A DNA stretch of 64,000 nucleotides from Amphiscolops sp. MND2022 (lineage: Eukaryota). Positions within the stretch are counted from its first letter, which is position 1. Each line of letters starts with the position of its first letter. This document shows, piece after piece, positions 21,400 to 34,710 of the stretch. The stretch covers positions 8,494,001 through 8,558,000 of the forward strand of contig OZ076420.1 of NCBI GenBank assembly GCA_964187785.1, given 5' to 3'. The position numbers were made by a program, and so were the translations under genes. The notes below the pieces were generated by a model. It worked only from the letters and a program-made list of their open reading frames with translations. It searched no databases and was not told where the DNA came from.

Positions 21400-23074
21400 G
21401 ATGTCATGCGCCAACACCTTGAACAAGACTCTAAATATCATACTCATCGCCTCTCTCGTTTCGAAGTTTACTCAGAACACAAACTATTTTGTAATGAACC
21501 CACACCATTATACTCAACTCAAAACACAGACATTTTTAAAACCTATAAAGAGGTATTCTGTATGCATTCTGGTCAACGTAATCCTCTTCATCTACCTCAA
21601 AATGGAGACTTTAATCACTTTTCGACTCAACTCGTTAATTGAAAACTGATGCAAAATGACCAACACAAACTCTTCCTTCCTTCAGTAAAATCTTCTAATA
21701 CATCTGCAACTACTGGTTACGAAGCTCATGGAAATACAAAAAGCTACTTTTTTATGAACCAACTTTTTGTAATAATGACTGTCTCTGAACGTAAGACCCT
21801 TCACACCAAATATGAAGTTGTGCGTTTTCACAAAATTCCTATTAACTATCATGATACGGTCATGTATATAGACTCTATTACACGACAAACATTTGAACAT
21901 ACCATCATCATATCCCTTGTGAAATCAAACCTCAAATTGTTATTGCTTTTGCTCGCGATTTCGGCCAAGATTATGTTTTAACACCTTAACACCTTAAAGA
22001 CCCTCGATTTTAGTTGAAAAAAAACTAATTCCTACTGCCATTAGCGCAAACATATTCACTGCTCAAGATGCAGACGTTTATTCACAAAAAGAACCTAAAC
22101 AATTCTGGAGTCGTGTTCTTATTACTCCGATATTAATTTGCAACTCCTTGGGAATGCTAAGAGCTATGAACTGAGTAAACAGTCTCCGAATTGCTTCCTA
22201 AGAATCCTTATCAATCACTCCGAATAGGCTTTCATAGTTAAATGTTAAACCTAACTCCCCTTTTAACAAACGAAAGGTTTGCTGCGGGTTTCATTACACG
22301 CTTTAGTTATCCATGCTCTAGTGTAACCCAATATGGAATCGTTTTTCCCGCAGCACGATGCCGTTCCAACAGTTCGAGGCCAATTGGGGAATTTTTGCCA
22401 CTTGCTCAAGATCTATAGTCCACTTTCTCGTAACGTCTTTTTAAAATACAAAACTCAAAGTTATACTGATGACTGGAAATTTACTCCTCAAAATGTCGAA
22501 GAAGAGCTACTTTCCAGTATTGCGTCTCTGTCACCGACACTTTCCCCAACGTCTGCTGTTCTTGAAATTACCAGTGTTTCTCAGGATTCATCCACCTCAT
22601 GGTAACGCAACTTCTGAAACTACAATCTCTACTATTTCTGAAACTAATCAACAAAGTAATCCCACGTATACTCCTCTTTTGACAGCAATTTCTACAACTA
22701 ACCATAAACCTACGTCTTCCACTCTTAACACTCCTCATTCATCAACACCTCCGCCTAAAAGTCTCCATGTCACAATTGATAATGATGTAATACCTCAAAA
22801 GAAGAAAAAGGAGATGCTCAATGCTCCTTCTTTCAACAACTCCGGAATTTTGCCTCATTCTCAGTTTTTAGGTAACCTCTTTTCATTGTATCTGAAACTT
22901 CACTCGTACACATTTCGGGCTCCCACGGATCAAAATCTTAATCATTACGTCGCATATGCATCAAAACAACTAACTCATCAGTAACAAACAGGACTTGTTA
23001 TTCGGCCAATGACATTTTGTCCTTTACCAAATGACTTACTCAACCTATTTCATTTATTTACTATTGACACATGC
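21400..23074 (+). pseudogene. env: Old family-A relic: internally deleted env plus ORF5 N-terminus
   Basis: RLSRFEVYSEHKLFC, YEAHGNTK and HDTVMYIDSITRQTFE match env; EEELLSSIASLSP and HYVAYASK match ORF5. Confidence 0.85.
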
Positions 23075-26000
23075 TGTTGAGAAACAACAATATCAAGTGA
23101 CAACTGATGACTGATAGTTCTTTTAAATCATCAGACCTCTGAAGTTAAGCTGATTGGCAACAATTTTTGTCCTTTTACAAAACAGACTGGTGTTTTCGAG
23201 TCTGGATAGGACTTTGTTCGAGAATAAAGCCCTTACAATTCTTTCATATGGAACTTGAGAAACTCGCGAGCACCAAAGCCGTTCATGTAAAAGGTTGCCA
23301 CTCCATTCGATCACTACAGGAAAATAACCCTTCAAATTTTATCTTTTAACAGTGAAGTTCTGGTGCGGCAATTCAATTTACCAAACGTTGTCCCAAATTA
23401 TTCATCCTCAAACCAAGGAAAGATCCATCCGCCAATTGAGTGAAAATGCATCCTCCAATCGCGGAAATATAGATGATCTAACGAAGGGAATAATTCTGGA
23501 ACCCGCTGTTTCTGGGCCTGCAGTGTGGGGTCGCTGGGCTGTCCCAGGGTCTCCCGTGCTGCAACGAAGAAGTCAAACCACGTTCGAAGAGTTGTGAGTA
23601 AAACACGCAACCAAAAATAAACTTTTTAAAATATAAGGTTTTTTTTATTCTCTGAGGCACAAGCACCTTTCCCTCCTTTTTGCTTTTCTAACACTTGCGA
23701 AGTCAAAAAACCATAGGCAAAAGTGTAACAAGACCTTGATTTGATACTGATATTTGATTCGTCGATAGTGTACTTCACCGCCGCAAGCGGACTCGCTGGA
23801 TTGTTTCAAAAATTTTCTTTTGCAGAAAAACGCCAGAAAAACGAAGCTCTTCGCCATTGGTGGCTTACGTTTTATTCCAAAAGGAAGCAACAGGTTGCAA
23901 ACCTTACAACATTTGCTTAGACAATGCCCCCTGCGAAGTAGGCGGGACATTGTAATTTGGCACGGGTTCTTTAGCTACACTGTCTCTGCACATTCAACAA
24001 ACAGTTTTCAAGCTGACACTTGCTGAATTTGAAGACCGCATTGCAGTATTATTTTACATCCAACGCACTAGTGAAAGGATAAACATCGCTCAAAAACGCT
24101 TCCAAAGTAAACTTTCAACTTTGGAGGTTGGCAGACACATGATATCCCGCTTCAAAGGGAGAAACAACCCTATATGGGAAAAGTAAACCATAGTGTACAC
24201 TGTGAAAAACGTCCTTTTGAAACAATCCTCCGTCATAAAAAAGTCATCATTGAAAGTCTTTTCGTTTCAGAGCAGAAACCGAACGCTATTCAAAGGGGAA
24301 AAGAGCGAGACTAAATTCAAAAGTCTTTTAGGAAATATATAGCTTTTTTGATAAGAACAATTCATCAATCCAGCCCGTTCTTTTTTCTAGCGCTTTCCTT
24401 TTTTGGTTTACTTTTCCCCAATTCATTGGACACTAGACCACCTAAAACGACCGTGGCCTACAGAGTTGGGAATTGAGAAACATCCCCTCAGGTCCGCAGT
24501 TTCCTGTTTGGTAACGTTCTCTCTTCTCAACGGGCAATAGACCGCTTAAGACGATCGTGGCCTACTGGTTTGAGAGTCCTCTTTTTTCTCGTTCTTTCGA
24601 CTTTTTTCAAAAGCAAATGATGGCAGCGAGTTCTAAACCGTTCTGAACTAAAAGTAGTTCTAAACCGGGATCAGTGCTTGAAACAGCTTTCGTAACAATT
24701 TTGAGAATGAGCTCAGAAGCACATATGAAGATGTCGAAGCTGTGTTGATATCTCAGATCAAACGGAAATCGAAGATCAAAAGCCTTTTAAATTGCACCGA
24801 AGCAATGTTGAAAAAATCTACTATCACTATCAACCAACTGAAAGACCTTGCCCCAAACACGAGGACAAATGGCTCCAAAATTCAAAGCTCCATGATGATG
24901 GCTCGGGTTTACTTGGAGGGTAGTAGCCATAGGGCGACGTACGATGCTAACTCTGTGCCATCTCAAGAAAGCACTGGCCAAAGACTCGGGAGCAATGGTC
25001 AATGCACAAAAAAGTAAACGACATGCTGCGATCTATGCTCATTGAGTTTAACGATTGGCTCCAACGAAAACCAGTTGGCCATGAGCGATTGAACGTCTCA
25101 GGAACCAGCAAGTCGAAAGTCGTAGAAGTCAAAACTAGCAGTATGTCTCTTTCTGTCACTGCATTGGCTACTGGGTCCCAATTTGTCGATTACTCCCAGG
25201 CATCCGCAAAGGACCAACCCGGAAAGTAACTTTTTGCCCTGCCCATCTTGCAAAGGCAAGCACCCAATGTGGAAGTGTGATGAATTCAAACCAAATCACC
25301 TACGCAACGCGCGAAACTTGTCGCTGATATCAATTTCTGCTTTCGATGCGTGAATGGTGTACAGAATGCCCCTGAAAGCGACAAGAACATAAAATGTACA
25401 TCTCCAGACTGTCAAAGTTTTTAGCAGCACCGTTGCACGGCGCATGTCGAATCTTTCCATTGCGTCAAAAAAAGACTTCTTCTGAAGAATCCAGCTAACA
25501 TTACTGTCTCGAGCGGTAGCACTTGCGAAGTCAAAAAACCATAGGCAAAAGTGTAACAAGACCTTGATTTGATACTGATATTTGATTAGTCGATAGTGTA
25601 CTTCACCGCCGCAAGCGGACTCGCTGGATTGTTTCAAAAATTTTCTTTTGCAGAAAAACGCCAGAAAAACGAAGCTCTTCGCCATTGGTGGCTTACGTTT
25701 TATTCCAAAAGGAAGCAACAGGTTGCAAACCTTACAACATTTGCTTAGACAATGCCCCCTGCGAAGTAGGCGGGACATTGTAATTTGGCACGGGTTCTTT
25801 AGCTACACTGTCTCTGCACATTCAACAAACAGTTTTCAAGCTGACACTTGCTGAATTTGAAGACCGCATTGCAGTATTATTTTACATCCAACGCACTAGT
25901 GAAAGGAAAAACATCGCTCAAAAACGCTTCCAAAGTAAACTTTCAACTTTGGAGGTTGGCAGACACATGATATCCCGCTTCAAAGGGCGAAACAACCCTA

Positions 26001-29000
26001 TATGGGAAAAGTAAACCATAGTGTACACTGTGAAAAACGTCCTTTTGAAACAATCCTCCGTCATAAAAAAGTCATCATTGAAAGTCTTTTCGAATCAGAG
26101 CAGAAACCGAACGCTATTCAAAGGGGAAAAGAGCGAGACTAAATTCAAAAGTCTTTTAGGAAATATATAGCTTTTTTGATAAGAACAATTCATCAATCCA
26201 GCCCGTTCTTTTTTCTAGCGCTTTCCTTTTTTGGTTTACTTTTCCCCAATTCATTGGACACTAGACCACCTAAAACGACCGTGGCCTACAGAGTTGGGAA
26301 TTGAGAAACATCCCCTCAGGTCCGCAGTTTCCTGTTTGGTAACGTTCTCTCTTCTCAACGGGCAATAGACCGCTTAAGACGATCGTGGCCTACTGGTTTG
26401 AGAGTCCTCTTTTTTCTCGTTCTTTCGACTTTTTTCAGAAGCAAATGATGGCAGCGAGTTCTAAACCGTTCTGAACTGAAAGTAGTTCTAAACCGGGATC
26501 AGTGCTTGAAACAGCTTTCGTAACAATTTTGAGAATGAGCTCAGAAGCACATATGAAGATGTCGAAGCTGTGTTGATATCTCAGATCAAACGGAAATCGA
26601 AGATCGAAAGCCTTTTAAATTGCACCGAAGCAATGTTGAAAAAATCTACTATCACTATCAACCAACTGAAAGACCTTGCCCCAAACACGAGGACAAATGG
26701 CTCCAAAATTCAAAGCTCCATGATGATGGCTCGGGTTTACTTGGAGGGTAGTAGCCATAGGGCGACGTACGATGCTAACTCTGTGCCATCTCAAGAAAGC
26801 ACTGGCCAAAGACTCGGGAGCAATGGTCAATGCACAAAAAAGTAAACGACATGCTGCGATCTATGCTCATTGAGTTTAACGATTGGCTCCAACGAAAACC
26901 AGAGGGCCATGAGCGATTGAACGTCTCAGGAACCAGCAAGTCGAAAGTCGTAGAAGTCAAAACTAGCAGTATGTCTCTTTCTGTCACTGCATTGGCTACT
27001 GGGTCCCAATTTGTCGATTACTCCCAGGCATCCGCAAAGGACCAACCCGGAAAGTAACTTTTTGCCCTGCCCATCTTGCAAAGGCAAGCATCCAATGTGG
27101 AAGTGTGATGAATTCAAACCAAATCACCTACGCAACGCGCGAAACTTGTCGCTGATATCAATTTCTGCTTTCGATGCGTGAATGGTGTACAGAATGCCCC
27201 TGAAAGCGACAAGAACATAAAATGTACATCTCCAGACTGTCAAAGTTTTTAGCAGCACCGTTGCACGGCGCATGTCGAATCTTTCCATTGCGTCAAAAAA
27301 AGACTTCTTCTGAAGAATCCAGCTAACATTACTGTCTCGAGCGGTAGCAAATCTGCCTGTAGTTATGCGCGACGGATATTAACACGCTGTGGGCGACCAG
27401 ACAACTTAATGCTTTCTAACAAATACCACGTTTCGCTGGTCCAGCTGAAATCATTTTGAGAGACTGAAAAAGGATCCATAACAAAAATTGAATTATATCA
27501 AATATTTCCACAATGATGTTCAAAAAGATTATGTTATCCCCGTCGGTGAGTTTAACCCGACTGTCGTACATCGCGAGAATGGTATTTGCCACAAAACCTC
27601 GTGGTAAACACTAAGATTTTGTAAAATATTGGTCGGTACTAGACGGTGCGTCAAAGTTTCACGGCAAGTGGCTCAATAGCTGCTTGTTTACAGGCCCTGA
27701 TCTCTTGAAAGACCTCTAAACGTCCTCCGTCGCTTCCGGCAGTATCAGAATGCTGTTTCGGCAGATATTGAAGGAAAGATAATTACAACCGGTGTGCCAC
27801 CTTCAGACCAAACATATGTTTGCGTTTTTTTGCTGCGGGAGGACCCCAAGAATGTGGAGACACTATATGAGACGCTTTTTTGGAGCAAGAGACTCGCCGA
27901 CGTGCGCTATTTTTGCTGTGCGAAAAGGAGCCACCTGGAAGTTCTATTTGGACGACTACCTCGAGTCTGTTGAGTGTCCTGAAATCACTTTAAAACTGAG
28001 TCAAGAGCTGATTGCAATGCTCAAACTGGCGGGCTTTGCGTAAAGCGAGTTCAATAAAAACGTGAACTATGTATCTGAAACACTTGAGCCGTCCCTTCCT
28101 GTCCGGAGTTAAAGAAACAATCCAAAACCAACGATCTCATCGCTTGTATTAGGTCTCCAATCAGTTCACAAAGACAACAATTTGAATGTAAGCCGAGGCG
28201 TTAAATTGAAGGAAAATCGACCCTGCACACAACGCACAGTGTTGAGCATGGTCTCTGCCGGTTTCTATCAGCTGAGATTTGTCCCACCCTTTACCGTTGT
28301 CGATCGCGTGCTTTTGAAAGATATTTGGAAAGGAAAGTCAAAGAGCTACAGTGGGTTGTTCCACTGCCCGAAGACCGCTCTTGCCGAATTGATGATTGGT
28401 GTTCCGGAATACCGTTCCTTCAACACTTGACAATCCCTCGCACGTAGTTTTCTTCTCCAGTCGAAAAAATTGAGCAGCATATGTTCGGTCACTGCTCCAC
28501 GGATATCTGCGCTGTGGGTTTTAATGTAGCTAAATGTGAAGGCTCGAATACCAAAGGCCTTAGTAGGCAAAGCACGTGTTGCGCCTGTGAAACCAATAAC
28601 CATTCCCAAACTCGAATTGCAAGCTGCGCTCCTCGCTGCACATCTACGTCAGAAAGTTCACGGTGCTTTAACATTTGATGTACCAGAGTCATTCATGTAG
28701 AATGATAGCAGCACAGTGCTTCAATGGCTTGCTTTAGCAGGTAAACAGTCTGTTTTTGTGGCGAACCGCGTAGCAGACTATTTGGAAACCTCATCAAGTG
28801 ACGAATAGATTCACGTCCCTACTGCCAATAACCCTGTAGACGCTAGAACGCAGGGACTGTCTGCAGCAGGTTTTCCGAATTGTTGCTGGTTAAAGGGCTT
28901 AATTTCCTTCGGACATTTCACTGGCCATTTAAAACGTAACCACCTGCCATCTACATTGATAAACCAAAGTAAACGTGTGCAACTGACATAGGACTGTACA

Positions 29001-30665
29001 ACTCGCTGGCAGCGACGTTGTCGCATGACTCCCCCGTTAACATTTGGAGTGAAGATTCGCCTCGATATACTTTCGCCTCGATACCGGCATTTGCGTTCCA
29101 TGAAATCAAGGACCCGAGGGCATTAGAAAATGCCGGAAAGAAACTACTCTATTTGTCGCAAGTAGACTCTTACCCGAAAAATCTTCTCGCTGCCAATGGT
29201 CAAAAGTCCCGGAACTCCACCTTCTATCATATTCCTTTTTCGTTGGGCTCGACAATTTGGTACGCTCACTGAGCCAACTGCAGCGTCTTTCAGACATTAG
29301 ATACGACACCATATACCCCTTACTATTAGATGGCAAACATCTTTTCATCAAATTATTGCTAATACATCTGTATCAAAGTTACCATCAGCAGGACTTTGAC
29401 TATGTAAGAGCCCACGTTTGCCATAAGTACATCCTTCTACCGATGCATTACTTGTTGAAAACGTGACGCCGTAATCCTAATCCCCATGATGGCTAGCTTA
29501 CCGAAAGAAAGACTTGGCTATCTGGAGCCAGCCTTCAGTAACTGCGAGGTGGAAAACTGTGGCCCTTTTTTCTTTCAATTCGACGCACCTCGGAAAAAAG
29601 ATGGAAGTTCCTGTTTACGTTTCTCACCACTTGAGCAATACACCTGGAAATAGTTACACCTTGCCCCAATTGAACGCTTTAGTGCGCGGCGAGGAATGCA
29701 CAATGTAATTTAGTCCGACAATGGAACTAGTTTTGTTGGAGCCGAGACCGAGCTCCGTGCTGAAATGACTACGTGCCCGACGAACTCGTGAGCAAGGGTA
29801 TCCGGATAAAGTTCAATCCGTCTAGCGCCCCGAATCAAGGTGTGTCGTTGAAAAGAACAGAGCTGAGTTGCAAGAGTGTCTTCAATAGTATCCTCCGGAA
29901 CCGAAAAACGACAGATGAGGCTCTGAGCCCCACCTTCTGCCTGGTTGAAAAAGCATTGAATAACCGCCCTCTGACTCTCGTAAGTGGCAATCCGAACAAG
30001 TTGGAAGCACTAACGCCATATCACTTTCTTTTAGGTTGATCATTCCAGGCATTACCAAGGCTAGCTCTGGGAGATGGACACGATCTTCATCGACGATACA
30101 CTAAAGCCCAAGTCTATGCCAATACAATATGAGTCAGGTGGATGAAAGGTTTACGTACCATCGTTGCATAAACGTGGTGAGTGAAACAAGCATTCTAAGG
30201 TTAGCTTGAAAGCAGGGGATCTCGTGTGAGTTGTTGATAGTGCAAACCCACGAGGTTGTTATCCGCTCACTCGCATACCTTGATCGCGTTACGGAGTTGA
30301 TTCCGTGTTCCGCCGAATGTCCCAACTCTACGGGCTCACTTGTTTGTCCGCTTGTCAAGCTTGCTCCTGTCATTGGGCCACCTTCTTCGTTAGGGGCTGC
30401 GTATGTTGTTTACAAACAACATAAGCAAGTGACAACTAATGATTGGCCGTTCTTTTAGAACTCTGAAACTAATATGGTTGACAACAAATGTGACAACAAC
30501 TGGTGATTTTGCATAGGGTAGGGTTTTGTTTGATAATAAATCCTCTACAAACTTTTCATATGGAACTCGTGTGGAGTAACGCCATTCATGTAAATGATTA
30601 CCCATTTCATTTGGTATCACTACATCTTGAAATTAATCCTTCGAGTTTTTACTTTTTACTGTCGT
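23075..30665 (+). mobile_element. Old decayed BEL/Pao element (BEL-2) inserted in the family-A relic; right boundary approximate
   Basis: Homologous TGTTG-initiated segments at 23075-23351 (ending TTAACA, TGG at 23361) and 30404-~30660; gag knuckle CPSCKGKHPMWKC; RT FYLDD (YLDD at 27945); PIPKLELQAALL; FVANRV; LNNRPLT and LTPYHFLLG. Confidence 0.8.
23692..27347 (+). repeat. Head-to-tail tandem duplication, 1828-bp unit (23692-25519 / 25520-27347)
   Basis: About a dozen base differences seen by eye (~99%); duplicated ORFs in the track are offset by 1828. Confidence 0.95.
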
Positions 30666-30669
30666 CATA

Positions 30670-31450
30670 AAAAACAAAAAATCCCTCATTCAAAAACAAT
30701 ATTATTTTTCTGCTACATTATTAGCACAAATGATGAAATGTTCTCTTGAATCATGCCAATTTTGGAATCTTCCGTCATTAAAAAATTTTGTACTTTTAAC
30801 TCTTCCGTGTATTCTATCTTTGTTCATATTAACAGTTTCTGCAAGAAAAGCAATCAAATAAAATAACTTTCATCACTTTTTTTGTAAAAAGTTGAGCAGA
30901 CATTTCACTTACCTAACTTTTCACTAGCTTTTACTCGTCTTTCAATGTCTCTAAGCGTTTGGTAAACAAGATTGTTTCTCACATCTTTTTTTCTATCACT
31001 CTAACTTCTAACAGAACTGCTGACTGCTGCATCACACCTACAACATTTCGGTCTTTGACTTGACTTCGATTTCTCCTATGGTGAACTCTTCTCCATCTTC
31101 GCCCACATATTCTGCAACAACTCATTCTTCAAACACGTCTTCTACGACACCTGTCGTCAACAGTGTTCCTCACATCCCTCCACAAGATGCTGTTGCAACC
31201 AATGCCCGCCTTTAACAATGTCAGACCATTCTACACTTGAAAACTCATCTCCAAACTTACAATCCCTGGGATCCGAAACAATTCCATGTGTCCCTCTCTT
31301 GAAGTAGGATCGCTGCCCCAAAAAGTCGCCAGTCCACAAACACAACTGACTTTTTATAATGAAGCACTAAAACAATCTGAACAATAATTAGATTCTCTTC
31401 ATATTCACTTGCACGAACTTAATCGAATTGATAAAAGAAGTACTACAATT
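30670..31450 (+). pseudogene. Continuation of the family-A relic (ORF5 end and ORF6 homologue)
   Basis: PPQDAVAT...FYNEALKQSEQ*LDSL..ELNRID aligns with ORF6 HPKDAVAT...YIDALKLYEKHIDEL..ELNKLN. Confidence 0.65.
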
Positions 31451-31619
31451 TCTAACCTTTATTACCCTCCTCGCTCAGTGCGGAGTTTTGAATGCTTAGA
31501 CAAACATTTTTTAAATTTAACAGGCCTAACTTCATCCGAGTCAAAACTATGCTTTATCTAATTAGAGCTGCTTACAACAAAATAATTACTATAAAAGCTT
31601 TCCGTCCTATTATTGACCT

Positions 31620-33800
31620 TCCCCTTTTCCATATTATTCACGTTCAAACAACTCGAACAACGGGAAATACATTAAACATGTACACGAACGACCGTACAAA
31701 AGAAAATGGACAGAAAACTCGAATGCAGACAGAACAAAAAAAGACCGGAATACCAAAAGGAAAAGCAGAGAGACAACCGGTGTGGACAATGTGGTGCATC
31801 AAATTGGACGAGACAACACAGAGGAGATGTGCGGGTCAGTAAAAAGAGTACAAAGAACAATTTCAACGGCAGAAGAAGACGATAGGAAGTACGATAGAAC
31901 TCAGAAAACAAATAAAACAAAACAGAAGACAGTTGTTAACAATGCCACATTATTGGTCAACAACGTATCAATCAAATACACCATCGATAGTTGTTCGCCA
32001 GTCACACTTATTCCGAAATGCCTATTCACCAATATAATAACCATCGAAACACTTAAGAACACTAATTAGGATGAGAAAAATCAAAAGATCAATTTCGTTG
32101 GACAAACGAAAGCAACGGTCAAAAGAAACAAAGAAACAATCGCCTTGCCAATACTGGGATCGCGTTGGATGCGACGGCTAAACATAAACTTGAGTTCAAA
32201 TAACATATTCAAAACACTATTTAAAACTGGACAAAACGGAAAAGAGAATAACGAACTCCTGAACGACTTCAAAATTTCAACTTACAATAACAAAGAGATC
32301 AAACACCTCTCAGTTAAAATGAATCTGAAAGATGGAGCATAAATAATACAACAAAAAGGGCGACCAATTCCGAAACATCTTCAGGACGAAGTGGCACAAG
32401 ATTGCAAACGATCGATAAAACACGGACATCTGAGAAGAGCAACAGAAATTACCGAAGAGTGTTTTGTGAGCCTAGCTGTAATAACTGTTCAGAAAAACAG
32501 ATCAGTAAACGTTGCTCTTGACGCCAGAAGATTAAACGAAGTAACAGTGAAAATAAAAACACAAACGCCCAACATTGAAGAACTATTAGCACGAAGATCA
32601 AGAGAAACATCTGAAGGAACAGATGGAGAGTTCTTGTCAACAAAATTCGATTTCGACTACGCATATGATCAAATGAAACTGGACGAAAACACAAAAAACC
32701 TCTGTATATTTAACGTTACTGGGGGAAACTACTGTTTCCTGAAAAAGATTCTACGGACTGGCCGATAACCCAACAAAATTCCAAAAACGGAAAGATACCC
32801 CACTGGAACACAAACACTCGGCATGGGTAGACGACATCATATTAGTCACCAAAGGAAATATGGAAAAACCCGAAGCAGAAGTGGAACAAGCGAACAAGCT
32901 GACTACAGACTAAACCCAAAAACGTACGACTTTTCCAAAAAAGAAATTGAACGGATGGGACACAAAATAGATCAACAATGAATATGACCACTACAAAACA
33001 AAATGGAAGCAATCAAAAAAATCAACATACCCCAAAAGCGAAATTGAGTTAAAAATATTCCTTTGCGCAATACAATAGCTATTCAAATGCATTGGCACTT
33101 TTTCTGCAAACACCGACATACTAAGAAACGTTTTGAAGAATCATAATCAATGGATAAGGTCAGACGAACACACAAAAGCGTTCAACAAACTAAAAGAAAG
33201 GTATCATCAAAACTCCTCGTCTGGCACACTACAACGCCCAGCGCGAAAACATCATTACAACAGACGCCAGTACAAAAGGATTGGGAGCAACACTGTGGCA
33301 AAACCAAAAAAATAGAGAATTAAAACCGATCGGATTCGCGAGCAGATTTTTATCAGGTCCCGAAAAATGCATTGAACGTGTAAGAACTTTCGACAATAGT
33401 AAAGTTAAGAAAGTGAAACGGAAAATAATTAGCATTAACTGCTTATTTGAGCAAAAACTCAATATCAAAACCAGAACTGATCGAAAATTACGACGAGGAG
33501 TACGAAGTTAATTGCGATATACCATCACTTGAGTTCATCAAAACCTACGGCAGCGTCGCAAGTCAAAAGAAAACAGATGCGCGAACTGATCAGAATGAGC
33601 GGTGTGAACAAAACACAAACCAATAAGCAACGACCAAAGTGAACCAACAGAAATCGCAAAAGGGCAAACCAAACAAGCGCAGTTTGTCGCTACCACATCT
33701 AAACACAGTGGATTACGCAAAAATCAATTTCCTTTTTTTACAAAATTTGCCAAGCAGCAAACTTATAATAGAATTGAAAGGTGTCACCCACAGAATTCAA
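31620..33800 (+). pseudogene. pol: Decayed Ty3/Gypsy gag-pol fragment
   Basis: CGQCGASNW knuckle, YTIDSCSP protease, ALDARRLN, WVDD at 32824, TTDAS-like and GATLWQ, KPIGFASRFL. Confidence 0.85.
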
Positions 33801-33949
33801 CTCACATAAAAGTAGTTTTGTGCGATATGTATTGGTAGCGATTTTTGGACTTCTTCAAGAATGACAAAAAAGACCCCGTAATGACCCAAAATGACCCCCA
33901 TTAGAGTGCATAGGCAAGCTTAAGTTGCTCAAAGCGCAACTTTGTGATT

Positions 33950-34710
33950 TCAATACCCCGGATTCCACGACCAAACCTTTAACTGTGCAAAATTGGCAAA
34001 TTACGTCATAAGTCCCGGATTCCACAAACAAGCATTCCACGGACAAGCAGCGGAATTTTCGTGTCCCGGATTCCACGACAAGCACAAAAATAGCTTGCCT
34101 ATGCACTGTAATGCCTAATAGACCAAAAGTTCCAAAATTTGGCAATTTTTAACGTTTACAAGCAATTCAATTTTTGTCAAAGGTTTAGGAGTTATCGTGG
34201 ATTTGAATGTTGAAAACTTCCAAGAAGGCAAGAATTCGTTGTTCAGTAGACTTTTCCGAAGATATGAGATAAGTGCTGTTATCTAAACGAAGAAAAAAAA
34301 CTCAAATTGACACCAAAAATGACACAAAGATTTTGTTTTTTGCAACGTTTTAACGATGCAATTATCCACGTTTTTATTGAACGTTTGTCATTGTTTTGAC
34401 AGACATCGTGGAATAAAATGTTCAAAACGTTCAACAAGGCAGGATTTCGTTGTCCAAGAGTCTTTTCCGAAGAGATAAAGTGCTGTTTTTGAAATGAATA
34501 ATCTCAAATTGACATTAAAAACGACACACAGTTTCAAAATTTTTTAATTTTCAAAGTTGCATACTATCCAGTCAAATTTTTGACAAACTTCGTGGATTGG
34601 AATGGTAAAACTGTTGAGCGATGAAAAAAAATGTTGTTTCAAAAGCATTTTGTTAAGAGATAAAAACTTTTTGTGAACCAAACAGACATCGAATTGACGC
34701 CGAAAATGTC
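33950..34710. repeat. Degenerate non-coding repeats (CCCGGATTCCAC x3; ~200-230 bp unit x3)
   Basis: CCCGGATTCCAC near 33957, 34015 and 34065; similar tcgtgga...ttttccgaaga...aattgac blocks near 34190, 34400 and 34590. Confidence 0.6.

Noticed and set aside
23645-25854. Cys-rich ORF MSRLLRRGHCLSKCCKVC... occurring twice
   Set aside because: The repetition is due to the 1828-bp duplication, and no domain pattern was recognised.
23123-30620. Two similar minus-strand ORFs (23123-23335 and 30390-30620; GNLLHE...VPYE...SNK.L) suggesting a conserved gene
   Set aside because: Both lie within the homologous TGTTG-initiated LTR-like ends of BEL-2, so nucleotide homology explains the similarity.
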